DNA from: Paragordius varius
Taxonomy: Eukaryota; Animalia; Nematomorpha
Length of the DNA stretch: 64,000 nt
NCBI GenBank assembly: GCA_964247055.1
Contig: OZ176054.1
Location: 930,001-994,000 of the forward strand
Direction: 5' to 3'
Below the pieces are notes generated by a model. It worked only from the letters and a program-made list of their open reading frames with translations, was not told the origin of the DNA and did no database searches. Position numbers and translations under genes: made by a program. Shown piece by piece: positions 39,101 to 54,100 of the stretch (position 1 is the first letter of the stretch; the number at the start of each line of letters is the position of its first letter).

Positions 39101-41000
39101 GTCACCGGTGAGCAAAATTATTTTTTATACATTCTCTTATTAAGACTACATCAAAATATAGAGATAGTTTGACAAACTCTTTCATATCCGATTTTTACAA
39201 CGATACTTTTAAAATTAATATATTAAACTAGTCGCATCAATACTCTTAAACTTTGTCCTTAAAAATCGGATATTGGTCGCCGGTGAACAAAACTATTTTT
39301 ATACGTTCTCTTAGTAAGACTACATCAAAATATAGAGATAGTTTGACAAACTCTTTCATATCCGATTTTTACAACGATATTTTAAAAATTAATGTATAAA
39401 ACTAGTCGCATCAATACTCAAGTTTTTGTCCTTAAAAATCGGATATTGGTCACCGGTGAACAAAATTATTTTTACAACATTCTCTTAGTAGGACTACATC
39501 AAAATATAGAGATAGTTTGACAAACTCTTTCATATCCGATTTTTACAACGATACTTTAAAAAATGTATAAAACTAGTCGCATCAATACTCAAGTAAAACT
39601 TTGTCCTTAAAAATCGGATATTGATCACCGGTGAACAAAATTATTTTTTATACATTCTCTTAGTAAGACTACAACAAAATATAGAGATAGTTTGACAAAC
39701 TCTTTCATATCCGATTTTTACAACGATACTTTAAAAATTAATGTATAAAACTAGTCGCATCAATACTCAAGTTAAACTTTGTCCTTAAAAATCGGATATT
39801 GGTCGCCGGTGAACAAAACTATTTTTTATACATTCTCTTAGTAAGACTACATCAAAATATAGAGATAGTTTGACAAACTCTTTCATATACGATTTTTACA
39901 ACGATACTTTAAAAATTAATGTATAAAACTAGTCGCGTTAAACTTTGTCCTAAAAATTCGGATATTGATCACCGGTGAACAAAATTATTTTTTATACATT
40001 CTCTTAGTAAGACTACAACAAAATATAGAGATAGTTGAACAAACTCTTTCATATCCGATTTTTACAACGATACTTTAAAAATTAATGTATAAAACTAGTC
40101 GCATCAATACTCAAGTTAAACTTTGTCCTTAAAAATCGGATATTGGTCACCGGTGAACAAAATTATTTTTTATACATTCTCTTATTATGACTACATCAAA
40201 ATATAGATATAGTTTGACAAACTCTTTCATATCCGATTTTTACAACGATACTTTTAAAATTAATATATTAAACTAGTCGCATCAATACTCTTAAACTTTG
40301 TCCTTAAAAATCGGATATTGGTCGCCGGTGAACAAAACTATTTTTTATACGTTCTCTTAGTAAGACTACATCAAAATATAGAGATAGTTTGACAAACTCT
40401 TTCATATCCGATTTTTACAACGATATTTTAAAAATTAATGTATAAAACTAGTCGCATCAATACTCAAGTTTTTGTCCTTAAAAATCGGATATTGGTCACC
40501 GGTGAACAAAATTATTTTTACAACATTCTCTTAGTAGGACTACATCAAAATATAGAGATAGTTTGACAAACTCTTTCATATCCGATTTTTACAACGATAC
40601 TTTAAAAAATGTATAAAACTAGTCGCATCAATACTCAAGTAAAACTTTGTCCTTAAAAATCGGATATTGGTTGCCGGTAAAGAAAATTATCTTTTATCAT
40701 TCTATTAGTAGACTACATCATAATATAGAGATAGTTTGACAAACTCTTTCATATCCGATTTTTACAACGATACTTTAAAAATTAATGTATAAAACTAGTC
40801 GCATCAATACTCAAGTTAAATTTTGTCCTTAAAAATCGGATATTGGTCACCGGTGAACAAAATTATTTTTTATACATTCTCTTATTAAGACTACATCAAA
40901 ATATAGAGATAGTTTGACAAACTCTTTCATATCCGATTTTTACAACGATACTTTAAAAATTAATATATTAAACTAGTCGCATCAATACTCAAGTTAAACT
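35717..41000. repeat. Block duplication with offset 3489 bp (about 35.7-37.5 kb repeated at 39.2-41.0 kb)
   Basis: CATATACGAT 36401/39890, TTATTATGAC 36697/40186, GGTTGCC 37180/40669; the same chimeric monomer lies at about 36.1 and 39.6 kb. Confidence 0.85.
36418..38861. repeat. 7-monomer HOR, 1222 bp, 2 copies (1 S + 6 L-class)
   Basis: Shared private variants at +1222: CATATACGAT (36401/37623), AAACAAGTCG (37481/38703), GGTTGCC (37180/38402). Confidence 0.92.
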
Positions 41001-41629
41001 TTGTCCTTAAAAATCGGATATTGGTCACCGGTGAACAAAACTAATTTTTATACATTCTCTTAGTAAGACTACATCAAAATATAGAGATAGTTTGACAAAT
41101 TCTTTCATATCCAATTTTTACAACGATACTTTAAAAATTAATGTATAGAACTAGTCGCGTTAAACTTTGTCCTAAAAATTCGTATATTGATCACCGGTGA
41201 ACAAAATTATTTTTTATACATTCTCTTAGTAAGACTACAACAAAATATAGAGATAGTTTGACAAACTCTTTCATATCCGATTTTTACAACGATACTTTAA
41301 AAATTAATGTATAAAACTAGTCCCATCAATACTCAAGTTTAACTTTGTCCTTAAAAATCGGATATTGGTCACCGGTGAGCAAAATTATTTTTTATACATT
41401 CTCTTATTAAGACTACATCAAAATATAGAGATAGTTTGACAAACTCTTTCATATCCGATTTTTACAACGATATTTTAAAATTAATATATTAAACTAGTCG
41501 CATCAATACTCAAGTTAAACTTTGTCCTTAAAAATCGGATATTGGTCACCGGTGAACAAAACTATTTTTTATACATTCTCTTAGTAAGACTACATCAAAA
41601 TATAGAGATAGTTTGACAAACTCTTTCAT

Positions 41630-44600
41630 ATCCGATTTTTACAACGATACTTTAAAAATTAATGTATAGAACTAGTCGCGTTAAACTTTGTCCTAAAAAT
41701 TCGTATAGTGATCACCGGTGAACAAAATTATTTTTTATACATTCTCTTAGTAAGACTACATCAAAATGAGATAGTTTGACAAACTCTTTCATATCCGATT
41801 TTTACAACGATATTTTAAAAATTAATGTATAAAACTAGTCGCATCAATACTCAAGTTTTTGTCCTTAAAAATCGGATATTGGTCACCGGTGAATAAAATT
41901 ATTTTTACAACATTCTCTTAGTAGGACTACATCAAAATGTAGAGATAGTTTGACAAACTCTTTCATATCCGATTTTTACAACGATACTTTAAAAAATGTA
42001 TAAAACTAGTCGCATCAATACTCAAGTAAAACTTTGTCCTTAAAAATCGGATATTGCTTGCCGGTAAAGAAAATTATTTTTTATCATTCTCTTAGTAGAC
42101 TACATCATAATATAGAGATAGTTTGACAAACTCTTTCATATCCGATTTTTACAACGATACTTTAAAAATTAATGTATAAAACTAGTCGCATCAATACTCA
42201 AGTTAAATTTTGTCCTAAAAAATCGGATATTGGTCACCGGTGAACAAAATTATTTTTTATACATTCTCTTATTAAGACTACATCAAAATATAGAGATAGT
42301 TTGACAAACTCTTTCATATCCGATTTTTACAACGATACTTTAAAAATTAATATATTAAACTAGTCGCATCAATACTCAAGTTAAACTTTGTCCTTAAAAA
42401 TCGGATATTGGTCACCGGTGAACAAAACTAATTTTTATACATTCTCTTAGTAAGACTACATCAAAATATAGAGATAGTTTGACAAATTCTTTCATATCCA
42501 ATTTTTACAACGATACTTTAAAAATTAATGTATAGAACTAGTCGCGTTAAACTTTGTCCTAAAAATTCGTATATTGATCACCGGTGAACAAAATTATTTT
42601 TTATACATTCTCTTAGTAAGACTCAACAAAATATAGAGATAGTTTGACAAACTCTTTCATATCCGATTTTTACAACGATACTTTAAAAATTAATGTAAAA
42701 AACTAGTCCCATCAATACTCAAGTTTAACTTTGTCCTTAAAAATCGGATATTGGTCACCGGTGAACAAAATTATTTTTTATACATTCTCTTATTAAGACT
42801 ACATCAAAATATAGAGATAGTTTGACAAACTCTTTCATATCCGATTTTTATAACGATACTTTTAAAATTAATATATTAAACTAGTCGCATCAATACTCTT
42901 AAACTTTGTCCTTCAAAATCGGATATTGGTCGCCGGTGAACAAAACTATTTTTTATACATTCTCTTAGTAAGACTACATCAAAATATAGAGATAGTTTGA
43001 CAAACTCTTTCATATCCGATTTTTACAACGATACTTTAAAAAATGTATAAAACTAGTCGCATCAATACTCAAGTAAAACTTTGTCCTTAAAAATCGGATA
43101 TTGGTTGCCGGTAAAGAAAATTATTTTTTATCATTCTATTAGTAGACTACATCATAATATAGAGATAGTTTGACAAAATCTTTCATATCCGATTTTTACA
43201 ACGATACTTTAAAAATTAATGTATAAAACTAGTCGCATCAATACTCAAGTTAAATTTTGTCCTTAAAAATCGGATATTGGTCACCGGTGAACAAAATTAT
43301 TTTTTATACATTCTCTTATTAAGACTACATCAAAATATAGAGATAGTTTGACAAACTCTTTCATATCCGATTTTTACAACGATACTTTAAAAATTAATAT
43401 ATTAAACTAGTCGCATCAATACTCAAGTTAAACTTTGTCCTTAAAAATCGGATATTGGTCACCGGTGAACAAAACTAATTCTTATACATTCTCTTAGTAA
43501 GACTACATCAAAATATAGAGATAGTTTGACAAATTCTTTCATATCCAATTTTTACAACGATACTTTAAAAATTAATGTATAGAACTAGTCGCGTTAAACT
43601 TTGTCCTAAAAATTCGTATATTGATCACCGGTGAACAAAATTATTTTTTATACATTCTCTTAGTAAGACTACAACAAAATATAGAGATAGTTTGACAAAC
43701 TCTTTCATATCCGATTTTTACAACGATATTTTAAAAATTAATGTATAAAACTAGTCGCATCAATACTCAAGTTTTTGTCCTTAAAAATCGGATATTGGTC
43801 ACCGGTGAACAAAATTATTTTTACAACATTCTCTTAGTAGGACTACATCAAAATATAGAGATAGTTTGACAAACTCTTTCATATCCGATTTTTACAACGA
43901 TACTTTAAAAAATGTATAAAACTAGTCGCATCAATACTCAAGTAAAACTTTGTCCTTAAAAATCGGATATTGGTTGCCGGTAAAGAAAATTATTTTTTAT
44001 CATTCTATTAGTAGACTACATCATAATATAGAGATAGTTTGACAAACTCTTTCATATCCGATTTTTACAACGATACTTTAAAAATTAATGTATAGAACTA
44101 GTCGCGTTAAACTTTGTCCTAAAAATTCGTATATTGATCACCGGTGAACAAAATTATTTTTTATACATTCTCTTAGTAAGACTACAACAAAATATAGAGA
44201 TAGTTTGACAAACTCTTTCATATCCGATTTTTACAACGATACTTTAAAAATTAATGTATAAAACTAGTCCCATCAATACTCAAGTTTAACTTTGTCCTTA
44301 AAAATCGGATATTGGTCACCGGTGAGCAAAATTATTTTTTATACATTCTCTTATTAAGACTACATCAAAATATAGAGATAGTTTGACAAACTCTTTCATA
44401 TCCGATTTTTACAACGATATTTTAAAATTAATATATTAAACTAGTCGCATCAATACTCAAGTTAAACTTTGTCCTTAAAAATCGGATATTGGTCACCGGT
44501 GAACAAAACTATTTTTTATACATTCTCTTAGTAAGACTACATCAAAATATAGAGATAGTTTGACAAACTCTTTCATATCCGATTTTTACAACGATACTTT

Positions 44601-47600
44601 AAAAATTAATGTATAGAACTAGTCGCGTTAAACTTTGTCCTAAAAATTCGTATAGTGATCACCGGTGAACAAAATTATTTTTTATACATTCTCTTAGTAA
44701 GACTACATCAAAATATAGAGATAGTTTGACAAACTCTTTCATATCGATTTTTACAACGATACTTTAAAAATTAATGTATAAAACTAGTCCCATCAATACT
44801 CAAGTTTAACTTTGTCCTTAAAAATCGGATATTGGTCACCGGTGAGCAAAATTATTTTTTATACATTCTCTTATTAAGACTACATCAAAATATAGAGATA
44901 GTTTGACAAACTCTTTCATATCCGATTTTTACAACGATATTTTAAAATTAATATATTAAACTAGTCGCATCAATACTCAAGTTTAACTTTGTCCTTAAAA
45001 ATCGGATATTGGTCACCGGTGAACAAAACTATTTTTTATACATTCTCTTAGTAAGACTACATCAAAATATAGAGAGAGTTTGACAAATTCTTTCATATCC
45101 AATTTTTACAACGATACTTTAAAAATTAATGTATAGAACTAGTCGCGTTAAACTTTGTCCTAAAAATTCGTATATTGATCACCGGTGAACAGAATTATTT
45201 TTTATACATTCTCTTAGTAAGACTCAACAAAATATAGAGATAGTTTGACAAATTCTTTCATATCCAATTTTTACAACGATACTTTAAAAATTAATGTATA
45301 GAACTAGTCGCGTTAAACTTTGTCCTAAAAATTCGTATATTGATCATCGGTGAACAAAATTATTTTTTATACATTCTCTTAATAAGACTCAACAAAATAT
45401 AGAGATGGTTTGACAAACTCTTTCATATCCGATTTTTACAACGATACTTTAAAAATTAATGTATAAAACTAGTCCCATCAATACTCAAGTTTAACTTTGT
45501 CCTTAAAAATCGGATATTGGTCATCGGTGAACAAAATTATTTTTACAACATTCTCTTATTAAGACTACATCAAAATATAGAGATAGTTTGACAAACTCTT
45601 TCATATCCGATTTTTACAACGATACTTTTAAAATTAATATATTAAACTAGTCGCATCAATACTCTTAAACTTTGTCCTTAAAAATCGGATATTGGTCGCC
45701 GGTGAACAAAACTATTTTTTATACATTCTCTTAGTAAGACTACATCAAAATATAGAGATAGTTTGACAAACTCTTTCATATCCGATTTTTACAACGATAC
45801 TTTAAAAAATGTATAAAACTAGTCGCATCAATACTCAAGTAAAACTTTGTCCTTAAAAATCGGATATTGGTTGCCGGTAAAGAAAATTATTTTTTATCAT
45901 TCTATTAGTAGACTACATCATAATATAGAGATAGTTTGACAAACTCTTTCATATCCGATTTTTACAACGATACTTTAAAAAATAATGTATAAAACTAGTC
46001 GCATCAATACTCAAGTTAAATTTTGTCCTTAAAAATCGGATATTGGTCACCGGTGAACAAAATTATTTTTTATACATTCTCTTATTAAGACTACATCAAA
46101 ATATAGAGATAGTTTGACAAACTCTTTCATATCCGATTTTTACAACGATACTTTAAAAATTAATATATTAAACTAGTCGCATCAATACTCAAGTTAAACT
46201 TTGTCCTTAAAAATCGGATATTGGTCACCGGTGAACAAAACTAATTTTTATACATTCTCTTAGTAAGACTACATCAAAATATAGAGATAGTTTGACAAAT
46301 TCTTTCATATCCAATTTTTACAACGATACTTTAAAAATTAATGTATAGAACTAGTCGCGTTAAACTTTGTCCTAAAAATTCGTATAGTGATCACCGGTGA
46401 ACAAAATTATTTTTTATACATTCTCTTACTAAGACTACATCAAAATATAGAGATAGTTTGACAAACTCTTTCATATCCGATTTTTACAACGATATTTTAA
46501 AAATTAATGTATAAAACTAGTCGCATCAATACTCAAGTTTTTGTCCTTAAAAATCGGATATTGGTCACCGGTGAACAAAATTATTTTTACAACATTCTCT
46601 TAGTAGGACTACATCAAAATATAGAGATAGTTTGACAAACTCTTTCATATCCGATTTTTACAACGATACTTTAAAAAATGTATAAAACTAGTCGCATCAA
46701 TACTCAAGTAAAACTTTGTCCTTAAAAATCGGATATTGCTTGCCGGTAAAGAAAATTATTTTTTATCATTCTCTTAGTAGACTACATCATAATATAGAGA
46801 TAGTTTGACAAACTCTTTCATATCCGATTTTTACAACGATACTTTAAAAATTAATGTATAAAACTAGTCGCATCAATACTCAAGTTAAATTTTGTCCTTA
46901 AAAATCGGATATTGGTCACCGGTGAACAAAATTATTTTTTATACATTCTCTTATTAAGACTACATCAAAATATAGAGATAGTTTGACAAACTCTTTCATA
47001 TCCGATTTTTACAACGATACTTTAAAAATTAATATATTAAACTAGTCGCATCAATACTCAAGTTAAACTTTGTCCTTAAAAATCGGATATTGGTCACCGG
47101 TGAACAAAACTAATTTTTATACATTCTCTTAGTAAGACTACATCAAAATATAGAGATAGTTTGACAAATTCTTTCATATCCAATTTTTACAACGATACTT
47201 TAAAAATTAATGTATAGAACTAGTCGCGTTAAACTTTGTCCTAAAAATTCGTATATTGATCACCGGTGAACAAAATTATTTTTTATACATTCTCTTAGTA
47301 AGACTCAACAAAATATAGAGATAGTTTGACAAACTCTTTCATATCCGATTTTTACAACGATACTTTAAAAATTAATGTATAAAACTAGTCCCATCAATAC
47401 TCAAGTTTAACTTTGTCCTTAAAAATCGGATATTGGTCACCGGTGAGCAAAATTATTTTTTATACATTCTCTTATTAAGACTACATCAAAATATAGAGAT
47501 AGTTTGACAAACTCTTTCATATCCGATTTTTACAACGATATTTTAAAATTAATATATTAAACTAGTCGCATCAATACTCAAGTTAAACTTTGTCCTTAAA

Positions 47601-50600
47601 AATCGGATATTGGTCACCGGTGAACAAAACTATTTTTTATACATTCTCTTAGTAAGACTACATCAAAATATAGAGATAGTTTGACAAACTCTTTCATATC
47701 CGATTTTTACAACGATACTTTAAAAATTAATGTATAGAACTAGTCGCGTTAAACTTTGTCCTAAAAATTCGTATAGTGATCACCGGTGAACAAAATTATT
47801 TTTTATACATTCTCTTAGTAAGACTACATCAAAATATAGAGATAGTTTGACAAACTCTTTCATATCCGATTTTTACAACGATACTTTAAAATTAATGTAT
47901 AAAACTAGTCGCATCAATACTCAAGTTAAACTTTGTCCTTAAAAATCGGATATTGGTTACCGGTGAACAAAACTATTTTTTATACATTCTCTTAGTAAGA
48001 CTACATCAAAATATAGAGATAGTTTGACAAACTCTTTCATATCCGATTTTTACAACGATACTTTAAAAATTAATGTATAGAACTAGTCGCGTTATACTTT
48101 GTCCTAAAAATTCATATTGATCACCGGTGAACAAAATTATTTTTTATACATTCTCTTAGTAAGACTACAACAATATATAGAGATAGATTGACAAACTCTT
48201 TCATATCCGATTTTTACAACGATACTTTAAAAATTCATGTATAAAACTAGTCGCATCAATACTCAAGTTAAACTTGTCCTTAAAAATCGGATATTGGTCG
48301 CCGGTGAACAAAACTATTTTTTATACGTTCTCTTAGTAAGACTACATCAAAATATAGAGATAGTTTGACAAACTCTTTCATATCCGATTTTTACAACGAT
48401 ACTTTAAAAATTAATGTATAGAACTAGTCGCGTTATACTTTGTCCTAAAAATTCGTATATTGATCACCGGTGAACAAAATTATTTTTTACAACATTCTCT
48501 TAGTAGGACTACATCAAAATATAGAGATAGTTTGACAAACTCTTTCATATCCGATTTTTACAACGATACTTTAAAAAATGTATAAAACTAGTCGCATCAA
48601 TACTCAAGTAAAACTTTGTCCTTAATCGGATATTGGTTGCCGGTAAAGAAAATTTTTTTTTATCATTCTCTTATTAAGACTACATCAAAATATAGAGATA
48701 GTTTGACAAACTCTTTCATATCCGATTTTTACAACGATACTTTAAAAATTAATATATTAAACTAGTCGCATCAATACTCAAGTTAAACTTTGTCCTTAAA
48801 AATCGGATATTGGTCACCGGTACAAAACGAATTTTTATACATTCTCTTAGTAAGACTACATCAAAATATAGAGATAGTTTGACAAATTCTTTCATATCCA
48901 ATTTTTACAACGATACTTTAAAAATTAATGTATAGAACTAGTCGCGTTAAACTTTGTCCTAAAAATTCGTATATTGATCACCGGTGAACAAAACTATTTT
49001 TTATACATTCTCTTAGTAAGACTACATCAAAATATAGAGATAGTTTGACAAACTCTTTCATATCCGATTTTTACAACGATACTTTAAAAATTAATGTATA
49101 GAACTAGTCGCGTTATACTTTGTCGTAAAAATTCATATTGATCACCGGTGAACAAAATTATTTTTTATACATTCTCTTTGTAAGACTACAACAAAATATA
49201 GAGATAGTTTGACAAACTCTTTCATATCCGATTTTTACAACGATACTTTAAAAATTCATGTATAAAACTAGTCGCATCAATACTCAAGTTAAACTTGTCC
49301 TTAAAAATCGGATATTGGTCGCCGGTGAACAAAACTATTTTTTATACGTTCTCTTAGTAAGACTACATCAAAATATAGAGATAGTTTGACAAACTCTTTC
49401 ATATCCGATTTTTACAACGATACTTTAAAAATTAATGTATAGAACTAGTCGCGTTATACTTTGTCCTAAAAATTCGTATATTGATCACCGGTGAACAAAA
49501 TTATTTTTTACAACATTCTCTTAGTAGGACTACATCAAAATATAGAGATAGTTTGACAAACTCTTTCATATCCGATTTTTACAACGATACTTTAAAAAAT
49601 GTATAAAACTAGTCGCATCAATACTCAAGTAAAACTTTGTCGTTAAAAATCGGATATTGGTCACCGGTGAACAAAACGAATTTTTATACATTCTCTTAGT
49701 AAGACTACATCAAAATATAGAGATAGTTTGACAAATTCTTTCATATCCAATTTTTACAACGAAACTTTAAAAATTAATGTATAGAACTAGTCGCATCAAT
49801 ACTCAAGTTTTTGTCCTTAAAAATCGGATATTGGTCACCGGTGAACAAAATTATTTTTACAACATTCTCTTAGTAGGACTACATCAAAATATAGAGATAG
49901 TTTGACAAACTCTTTCATATCCGATTTTTACAACGATACTTTAAAAAATGTATAAAACTAGTCGCATCAATACTCAAGTAAAACTTTGTCCTTAAAAATC
50001 GGATATTGCTTGCCCGTAAAGAAAATTATTTTTTATCATTCTCTTAGTAGACTACATCATAATATAGAGATAGTTTGACAAACTCTTTCATATCCGATTT
50101 TTACAACGATACTTTAAAAATTAATGTATAAAACTAGTCGCATCAATACTCAAGTTAAATTTTATCCTTAAAAATCGGATATTGGTCACCGGTGAACAAA
50201 ATTATTTTTTATACATTCTCTTATTAAGACTACATCAAAATATAGAGATAGTTTGACAAACTCTTTCATATCCGATTTTTACAACGATACTTTAAAAATT
50301 AATATATTAAACTAGATCAATACTCAAGTTAAACTTTGTCCTTAAAAATCGGATATTGGTCACCGGTGAACAAAACTAATTTTTATACATTCTCTTAGTA
50401 AGACTACATCAAAATATAGAGATAGTTTGACAAATTCTTTCATATCCAATTTTTACAACGATACTTTAAAAATTAATGTATAGAACTAGTCGCGTTAAAC
50501 TTTGTCCTAAAAATTCGTATATTGATCATCGGTGAACAAAATTATTTTTTATACATTCTCTTAGTAAGACTCAACAAAATATAGAGATAGTTTGACAAAC

Positions 50601-50750
50601 TCTTTCATATCCGATTTTTACAACGATACTTTAAAAATTAATGTATAAAACTAGTCCCATCAATACTCAAGTTTAACTTTGTCCTTAAAAATCGGATATT
50701 GGTCACCGGTGAACAAAATTATTTTTTATACATTCTCTTATTAAGACTAC
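41630..50750. repeat. Three dispersed copies of a variant cassette (GCTTGCC / GACTCAAC), offsets about 4682 and about 3270 bp
   Basis: GCTTG at 42056, 46738, 50008; ACTCAAC (1-bp deletion) at 42621, 47303, 50568. Confidence 0.8.
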
Positions 50751-51149
50751 ATCAAAATATAGAGATAGTTTGACAAACTCTTTCATATGCGATTTTTACA
50801 ACGATACTTTTAAAATTAATATTTAAACTAGTCGCATTAATACTCAAGTTAAACTTTGTCCTTAAAAATCGGATATTGGTCACCGGTGAACAAAACTATT
50901 TTTTATACATTCTCTTAGTAAGACTACATCAAAATATAGAGATAGTTTGACAAACTCTTTCATATCCGATTTTTACAACGATACTTTAAAAATTAATGTA
51001 TAGAACTAGTCGCGTTAAACTTTGTCCTAAAAATTCGTATAGTGATCACCGGTGAACAAAATTATTTTTTATACATTCTCTTAGTAAGACTACAACAAAA
51101 TATAGAGATAGTTTGACAAACTCTTTCATATCCGATTTTTACAACGATA

Positions 51150-54100
51150 CTTTAAAATTAATGTATAAAACTAGTCGCATCAATACTCAAGTTAAACTTT
51201 GTCCTTAAAAATCGGATATTGGTCACCGGTGAACAAAACTATTTTTTATACATTCTCTTAGTAAGACTACATCAAAATATAGGTTTGACAAACTCTTTCA
51301 TATCCGATTTTTACAACGATACTTTAAAAATTAATGTATAGAACTAGTCGCGTTATACTTTGTCCTAAAAATTCATATTGATCACCGGTGAACAAAATTA
51401 TTTTTTATACATTCTCTTAGTAAGACTACAACAATATATAGAGATAGATTGACAAACTCTTTCATATCCGATTTTTACAACGATACTTTAAAAATTCATG
51501 TATAAAACTAGTCGCATCAATACTCAAGTTAAACTTGTCCTTAAAAATCGGATATTGGTCGCCGGTGAACAAAACTATTTTTTATACGTTCTCTTAGTAA
51601 GACTACATCAAAATATAGAGATAGTTTGACAAACTCTTTCATATCCGATTTTTACAACGATACTTTAAAAATTAATGTATAGAACTAGTCGCGTTATACT
51701 TTGTCCTAAAAATTCGTATATTGATCACCGGTGAACAAAATTATTTTTTACAACATTCTCTTAGTAGGACTACATCAAAATATAGAGATAGTTTGACAAA
51801 CTCTTTCATATCCGATTTTTACAACGATACTTTAAAAAATGTATAAAACTAGTCGCATCAATACTCAAGTAAAACTTTGTCCTTAATCGGATATTGGTTG
51901 CCGGTAAAGAAAATTTTTTTTATCATTCTCCTATTAAGACTACATCAAAATATAGAGATAGTTTGACAAACTCTTTCATATCCGATTTTTACAACGATAC
52001 TTTAAAAATTAATATATTAAACTAGTCGCATCAATACTCAAGTTAAACTTTGTCCTTAAAAATCGGATATTGGTCACCGGTGAACAAAACGAATTTTTAT
52101 ACATTCTCTTAGTAAGACTACATCAAAATATAGAGATAGTTTGACAAACTCTTTCATATCCGATTTTTACAACGATACTTTAAAAATTAATGTATAGAAC
52201 TAGTCGCGTTATACTTTGTCCTAAAAATTCGTATATTGATCACCGGTGAACAAAATTATTTTTTACAACATTCTCTTGGTAGGACTACATCAAAATATAG
52301 AGATAGTTTGACAAACTCTTTCATATCCGATTTTTACAACGATACTTTAAAAAATGTATAAAACTAGTCGCATCAATACTCAAGTAAAACTTTGTCCTTA
52401 ATCGGATATTGGTTGCCGGTAAAGAAAATTTTTTTTATCATTCTCTTATTAAGACTACATCAAAATATAGAGATAGTTTGACAAACTCTTTCATATCCGA
52501 TTTTTACAACGATACTTTAAAAATTAATATATTAAACTAGTCGCATCAATACTCAAGTTAAACTTTGTCCTTAAAAATCGGATATTGGTCACCGGTGAAC
52601 AAAACGAATTTTTATACATTCTCTTAGTAAGACTACATCAAAATATAGAGATAGTTTGACAAATTCTTTCATATCCAATTTTTACAACGATACTTTAAAA
52701 ATTAATGTATAGAACTAGTCGCGTTAAACTTTGTCCTAAAAATTCGTATATTGATCACCGGTGAACAAAACTATTTTTTATACATTCTCTTAGTAAGACT
52801 ACATCAAAATATAGAGATAGTTTGACAAACTCTTTCATATCCGATTTTTACAACGATACTTTAAAAATTAATGTATAGAACTAGTCGCGTTATACTTTGT
52901 CCTAAAAATTCATATTGATCACCGGTGAACAAAATTATTTTTTATACATTCTCTTTGTAAGACTACAACAAAATATAGAGATAGTTTGACAAACTCTTTC
53001 ATATCCGATTTTTACAACGATACTTTAAAAATTCATGTATAAAACTAGTCGCATCAATACTCAAGTTAAACTTTGTCCTTAAAAATCGGATATTGGTCAC
53101 CGGTGAACAAAACTATTTTTTATACATTCTCTTAGTAAGACTACATCAAAATATAGGTTTGACAAACTCTTTCATATCCGATTTTTACAACGATACTTTA
53201 AAAATTAATGTATAGAACTAGTCGCGTTATACTTTGTCCTAAAAATTCATATTGATCACCGGTGAACAAAATTATTTTTTATACATTCTCTTATTAAGAC
53301 TACAACAATATATAGAGATAGATTGACAAACTCTTTCATATCCGATTTTTACAACGATACTTTAAAAATTCATGTATAAAACTAGTCGCATCAATACTCA
53401 AGTTAAACTTGTCCTTAAAAATCGGATATTGGTCGCCGGTGAACAAAACTATTTTTTATACGTTCTCTTAGTAAGACTACATCAAAATATAGAGATAGTT
53501 TGACAAACTCTTTCATATCCGATTTTTACAACGATACTTTAAAAATTAATGTATAGAACTAGTCGCGTTATACTTTGTCCTAAAAATTCGTATATTGATC
53601 ACCGGTGAACAAAATTATTTTTTACAACATTCTCTTAGTAGGACTACATCAAAATATAGAGATAGTTTGACAAACTCTTTCATATCCGATTTTTACAACG
53701 ATACTTTAAAAAATGTATAAAACTAGTCGCATCAATACTCAAGTAAAACTTTGTCCTTAATCGGATATTGGTTGCCGGTAAAGAAAATTTTTTTTATCAT
53801 TCTCTTATTAAGACTACATCAAAATATAGAGATAGTTTGACAAACTCTTTCATATCCGATTTTTACAACGATACTTTAAAAATTAATATATTAAACTAGT
53901 CGCATCAATACTCAAGTTAAACTTTGTCCTTAAAAATCGGATATTGGTCACCGGTGAACAAAACGAATTTTTATACATTCTCTTAGTAAGACTACATCAA
54001 AATATAGAGATAGTTTGACAAATTCTTTCATATCCAATTTTTACAACGATACTTTAAAAATTAATGTATAGAACTAGTCGCGTTAAACTTTGTCCTAAAA

